The notes under the pieces: generated by a model | What the model was told of the DNA's origin: nothing | Seen by the model: only the letters and a program-made list of their open reading frames with translations | The model's database searches: none | Part shown: piece by piece, positions 58,635 to 64,000 of the stretch | Numbering within the stretch: the first letter of the stretch is position 1 | Layout: each line of letters begins with the position of its first letter | Translations under genes and position numbers: made by a program | Assembly (NCBI GenBank): GCA_001600815.1 | Contig: BCKZ01000010.1 | Location: forward strand, 203,527 to 267,526 | Reading direction: 5' to 3' | DNA length: 64,000 bases | Origin: Alloascoidea hylecoeti | Taxonomy: Eukaryota

Positions 58635-58907
58635 ATGTCAGATACTCAACAAACAACAGCTAAAACTACGGCAAATATTGGTGATTATATTGGAACTACA
58701 CTATGGGTTTCACTCACTGACAATAGAATACTCAAGGGAATTTTGCTTGCAACAGATAATGTTCCAAATATCTTACTAGAAAACGTTCTGGAAACAACTG
58801 CAAATAGGGAATTAGGTATGGTTACAGTCCCAGGAAATTGTATACGGGGTGTACATATGGCGAGAAGAGAACACAATTTGTTAATGGAATATCGTGAGAA
58901 TAAATAG
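58635..58907 (+). CDS. MAK31: LSM-domain protein, probably the NatC subunit
   Basis: IGTTLWVSLTDNRILKGILLATD..NILL and RELGMVTVPG Sm motifs. Confidence 0.7.
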   Translation: MSDTQQTTAKTTANIGDYIGTTLWVSLTDNRILKGILLATDNVPNILLENVLETTANRELGMVTVPGNCIRGVHMARREHNLLMEYRENK

Positions 58908-59131
58908 ATGGACATGTGAACGATTTCAGTACCGCAATTTCTGGGATATATATATTCTAAGATGAAACATCACACCGACTTTTACTAGTGATATTATATT
59001 TATTTCTCCTAGTTGGTATATATTTTTTGGAGCTTCTCCGCTGGCCATTCATATCAGGAGTACCAATATATTCACAACATCCATGCATCAAATATAGTAA
59101 CATTTTTCACTTTCATAGAAATAATATAGAA

Positions 59132-60710
59132 ATGTCTTCTTCTAACAAAGGCTTAACTGTTTCCGAGAGCAAAAAACATGGTAATATAGTAAACGATGAT
59201 GACAAGTGAGTATTTTGTTTTTACTGGCATTGTTACTTATTTTTTCCTCGTGAGTTATTTATAAGCATAAATATAATACTAATCATTTGAACTTTATAGA
59301 GATGATAAAACGGAGGACGAAATCTTAGAATCACGCCGAAAGAAACAAAGGCTTGTTCAAGAAGTGGCAATAAAGAATATAAGTAATAATGGAAATATGC
59401 CGAAGTCCGGTACACATGATAAAGAGTTTTTTAAACAGCAAAACAGTGAATTGATTTCTGATGTAACAAAGGATTTCCTAACTAAACCTGAAAATCATAC
59501 GATAATAAATCTAAAAGATGACAAAACTTTACATTTAAATTTAAATCTCAATTGTAAATCAGATTCTGATTCAGATTCTGATTCTGACATGTTTGCAGAC
59601 TCTCCTGTTGATAAATTAGATTCAAGTGAAACAAAACCAAAAGCCAAAAAAATTGAAATGCTTGATAATTGGGATGATGCAGATGGTTATTATAAAGTCA
59701 TTATTGGCGAGTTGTTAGATAATAGATATCAGGTCCAATCTATCTTAGGTAAAGGTATGTTTGCGTCAGTAATCAGGGCAGTTGATATAACAAAAGAAAA
59801 GGACAAACTAGTCGCAATAAAAGTAATTAGAAATAATGAAGTTATGATGAAAGAAGGTCTAAAAGAAATTTCAGTCTTACAAAAATTGAATAATTCAGAT
59901 CCAAAAGATGAGAAGCATGTTATTCGATTAATTAGAAATTTTGATCATAAAAATCATTTATGTTTAGTTTTTGAAAATTTATACTTAAATTTACGAGATG
60001 TTTTAAAGATTTATGGTAGAGGAATTGGAATTAATATTAAAGCTGTTAAACAATATAGTATCCAAATATTTAAAGCATTATATTTATTTCAAAAATGTGG
60101 CATAATACATGCTGATTTAAAACCTGATAATATTTTAATAAATGAAGCAAAGACCAGATTAAAGGTTTCTGATTTAGGGTCTGCTACTAGTATCGAAGAA
60201 TTAATTGTCACTCCATATATGGTTTCTAGATTTTATCGTGCTCCGGAATTAATACTCGGCGCTACTTATAATTATGCCATTGATATTTGGTCTATTGGCT
60301 GTACTTTATTTGAACTTTATACTGGTGAAATATTATTTTCCGGTCGTTCAAATAATGATATGCTAAGAGTAATAATGGAAATTCGAGGGAAATTCGGAAC
60401 AAAATTACTTAAAAGTGGAACATTAACTGCTGAACATTTTAATACACGATCTAAAATGTATGAATTTCTATACCAAACAGTTGATAAAGTAACCGGTAAT
60501 GGATTTGTGAAGCAAATACAATTTATCCAAAAACCGGTTTTAGGTAAAGATATAAGATCACTGGTTAAAGCTCATTTTAATTCAGATTACAACAGTGAAG
60601 ATTTAAGAACAATTGATTTGTTCATAGATCTACTGGATAGGTGTTTGATTACAAATCCAGAGAAGAGAATAACGGCATTGGATGCTCTGAATCATCCCTT
60701 TTTAAAATAA
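59132..60710 (+). CDS. prp4: Prp4 (PRPF4B-type) splicing kinase; intron 59206-59299
   Basis: DNWDDADGYY, GKGMF, HLCLVFE, GIGINIKAV, HADLKPDNIL and TPYMVSRFYRAPE. Confidence 0.9.
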
Positions 60711-61529
60711 ATTTACAATCTATAAAGTTTCGTATCAGATAATCCCATATACACTATCTTCCGATGAAATTTTTCGCCCCCAGGAATGTACAATATATTT
60801 TTCATGAATTCTCTTAAAATTCTTGCTATTAAGATAGTGAGGTACCGTTATAAATGTATGAATTGTGGTTCTTAAAGAATTTGAGATCTATACTTTTAAT
60901 AAACTTTGATACAGCTATATTCAAATATCTTCTGATGTAGATATAATTTATATATCATCATTCTATTCACGTTAAACTCAATGACTTACAAGAGCTTAGT
61001 AAGATAACATACATGAGGTTTGTTTTGCTCAAGATTAAGGTTCTAGCAGCAGCGGAACCTCTGATTTAGAATGAGTAAATTGAAAGGATATCCGTGTCTA
61101 TATATAGAATGAAATTCAATGAATGTATTAAGAGGATAATGGCGCCATTTATAATATTACGCTACTATCTAAATATCTTAAGTTGGGGCTGGATTAATGT
61201 AATGCTATGTGTGATATAATCTGACTGAAACAAAAAGATCTAGATGTAGACAAACTTAAGATTAAGAAGTAAGCTGTTAACTAGCAAACTAGAAAGCGGG
61301 GAAATCGGCAAGCTATAATAGAAATAAAAGAAGTGAAAGTTGTAGAACATAACGAAGACATATCAAGGGAAGTAATTATAAAGAAGACAAGATTCGCATA
61401 CAATTGCAATCGCATAAACATTTTTCTTCTTTCTTTTTTAACCTAATGTCAAACAGGAGGAGATCTGTCTAGCAATTGGCTTCTCAGCCAAGATTTGTCG
61501 TGCATCAGAATCCAACCTGGATCTCAAGC

Positions 61530-62045
61530 TCAATTTTTTTTTATTTAATTTTCAATTAAAACATTTAACTAGAAATTATTTAAGTAAAGAAATCGCTTAT
61601 AAATCGAAAATACTCTAAAGCTTTACATCTTCATATTAAGTCTTCATTTGATTTTTTATTAACCTTTCATATATTTTCCAATTAGATTATATAACTATGT
61701 AAATTCTGAGGAAATCTCTACTATATACTGAAATAAAAACTCTTTATCCATTCTTCTTATTATTTTTGTATGTTTTTGACGTACATCATTCATCTCTTCT
61801 TATGTTTCTTTATCTAGACTACTCTAAATATATATATATATTTTTTTTTTCACTTTTTTGATTTTTATTTTTTTTATTTTTTTTAACTTTTCAATTAAAT
61901 TATATAACTAGAAACTATGTAAATTCTGAGGAAATCTCTACTATATATAGTGAAGTAAAAACTTCTCTTTCTATTCTTCTTATTTTTGTGTATTCTTGAC
62001 ACTCTTCTTTCTTCCCTTCTTATGTACCTAGACCACCTTTAAAGT
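61530..62045 (-). mobile_element. Tandem stack of related poly(A)-tailed 3' ends upstream of tRNA-Ala
   Basis: 61677-61830 and 61890-62040 share AACTATGTAAATTCTGAGGAAATCTCTACTATATA and align throughout. A third, more diverged unit starts near 61550. Each unit is preceded on + by a T-rich run. Confidence 0.6.
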
Positions 62046-62103
62046 TACATCTATTGTAAGCTATTAAGTCATCAGTAGCTTACTTTACAAAAACTCATCT
62101 TTT

Positions 62104-62177
62104 GGGCGTCTGGTGTAGTTGGTTATCACATTCGCTTAGCATGCGAGAGGTCCCCGGTTCGATTCCGGTGTCGTCCA
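62104..62177 (+). tRNA. tRNA-Ala(AGC)
   Basis: GGGCGTC/GTCGTCC acceptor stem with G3:U70, TTAGCAT anticodon loop, GGTTCGATTCC T-arm and a T-run terminator. Confidence 0.95.
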
Positions 62178-62199
62178 TAATTTTTGAACTTTTTTCTTA

Positions 62200-62810
62200 A
62201 GTTCCTCCATGGCACAGCGGTGCAATTTTTTGCATCATAGAGATCCAACAAAATGGAAAACATGGTGGGAATTGTTAGCAAAGATAAACAAAGAAAATCC
62301 TGGATCAGTGGATTTTATACATCGGCTAAACATACGAAATTATTCTCATCATTGGGAATTTAAATCCAAACATCACATTAATGGATCACTAGACAAATGT
62401 ATTTTATGTTTTCAACCAGGTATAGAAACAGAATCGCATATATTTAATAAATGTGAAATCAAGAAAATGATATTCAAAACCCTACATGGTACAGATGTAA
62501 CTTTGGAAGATTTGATATGCCTGGCGATAACGAATCATGAGATTATCAGAAACTTGAGTTTGATTTCTGGGATAATATGGAGTCCATAGAAGATTTAGCG
62601 ATCAATAAATGGAAAATGACGATTCCAATAATCAGAAAAGAGAAAAACTGCGTTTATATTTAAAATACAAATAATAATGATATATTGGTCTTTATCAGGT
62701 AAGATGAAGAAATAAAAATAAATAATTACTATACATACATACATTTACAATATATATTTATAAATTTAAATAGTTTATAATAAAATATAATTAAGTAAAA
62801 GAAAAAAAAT
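62200..62810 (+). mobile_element. 5'-truncated non-LTR retrotransposon 3' end (L1-like)
   Basis: CCHC motif CILCFQPGIETESHIFNKC, then IIW, followed by an A-rich tail at ~62797-62809. Confidence 0.78.
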
Positions 62811-62988
62811 TCAATATCAGCGTACTGCATACTGAGCGTTAGGAGGGTGGGTATGGCTCAAAGTCGAGTCCCACCCTGAACAAATGCACGTTTTTCGTTC
62901 ATAATCGGATTCTCCTCCCAAATACCCGATCAGGAACCATAACTATTTAGAGTGTAAATTTAATAACACGACAGTCAAACCTTTAGAT

Positions 62989-64000
62989 TTGTTCAGACAG
63001 CTTAATTACACAAAAGGAAAACAAAAAACGACTCTAAGTGAGAAAGCTCTTCTTCAATGTGAATTTACTCTTGAAGAGTTATCCACGGCGTTGGAACATT
63101 GCCAGATGACAAGGGCACCTGGGGCAGACGGCATTCCCTACAAGTTTTATAAAACCACTTGGGATAATTCAGGACCTAGGCTGGTGAAAATATCAAATCA
63201 TATTCTAAAAACGGGAAATCATCCTATTCCGATGAAAACCGTTCATCTTCTAAAGATTTATCATTATCTCAAAAGTATTCTCGAAGCTTTCGGTCTTCCA
63301 AATAATCTCATAAACATGATCTTATCTTTCGTTACCTAGCAGGTGGACACCCATAAACATGTAACTTTTGTTGATGATTTGTGCTGTTATCTGAGGAACC
63401 TAGACCATCATCACACTCTGAAAATATCTTTTAAGTATTTTCAAAGTTCGCAAATATCAAGGCAAATAACAAGAAGCCTAGTCTTTTCTTAGTGAATACT
63501 AAGTTAAACTATCCTTCACCCTTAAAGTATCAGGGAAAAAAATCTAAAAATTCTATTCTAACTCCAAATTGGAAAACCAGATTGGAAGATTTGACGGATA
63601 GATTGAAAAAAGTTTTCTTACGTGATTTGTCCATTGGAGATCGTGTTCGTTCTATTAATACCTTTATTTATAGCCGAGTGAATTTTTAAAGTGAGTTCTG
63701 GCCTTTAACTCCCATCCAGTTAATTCGATTTCAAAAGGAGTTCACTAAACAAACTGTTAATCTCAAATTATCAATATCATTAGAGACATTACACCGCCCT
63801 AGAAAACAAGGAGGTTTTGGTCTTCTCGATCTGAGATGCCGTCTAGACGGATTATATTCATCTTGGTTTATATCTATTATATAGCTCCAGCGTACCTTTT
63901 GCGTTGCATATTAGGGCCCTATTACAAAACAAATGTGATGAAAGAAGTTTGCAATACTGCCAATATCGTTATAACAATCTCAATATTTCTTATGAGTTCT
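62989..64000 (+). mobile_element. Decayed, internally deleted L1-clade LINE reverse transcriptase
   Basis: FTLEELSTAL...RAPGADGIPYKFYK, YLKSILEAFGLP, FVDDL (63367), LKYQG, LSIGDRVRSINTFIYS and LHRPRKQGGFGLLDL occur in canonical order, broken by stops and frameshifts. Confidence 0.88.

Overview
AT-rich fungal nuclear DNA, most likely an early-branching budding yeast. This is inferred from yeast-like proteins, several short GT-AG introns, a class VII chitin synthase and a Prp4 kinase. The window holds about 20 housekeeping or regulatory genes and three tRNA genes (Gly-CCC, Lys-TTT with intron, Ala-AGC). The unusual content is non-genic. (1) A sharp ~1.3 kb GC spike at 12.4-13.8 kb flips from G-rich to C-rich at ~13.3 kb across two same-strand genes, inside an AT- and microsatellite-rich trough; weaker repeats of the pattern occur near 35.9 and 48.0 kb. 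(2) A family of tRNA-headed, SINE-like elements has copies at ~9.8-10.2, 17.7-18.0 and 53.2-53.3 kb. (3) A mosaic insert at 17.2-19.3 kb has a perfect 102-bp inverted repeat and decayed F-box/WD40 sequences that look foreign. (4) L1-like LINE fragments and poly(A)-tailed 3' ends are stacked next to tRNA genes. A Tc1-like transposase relic lies near 20.1-20.5 kb. All calls were made by eye, without database searches.
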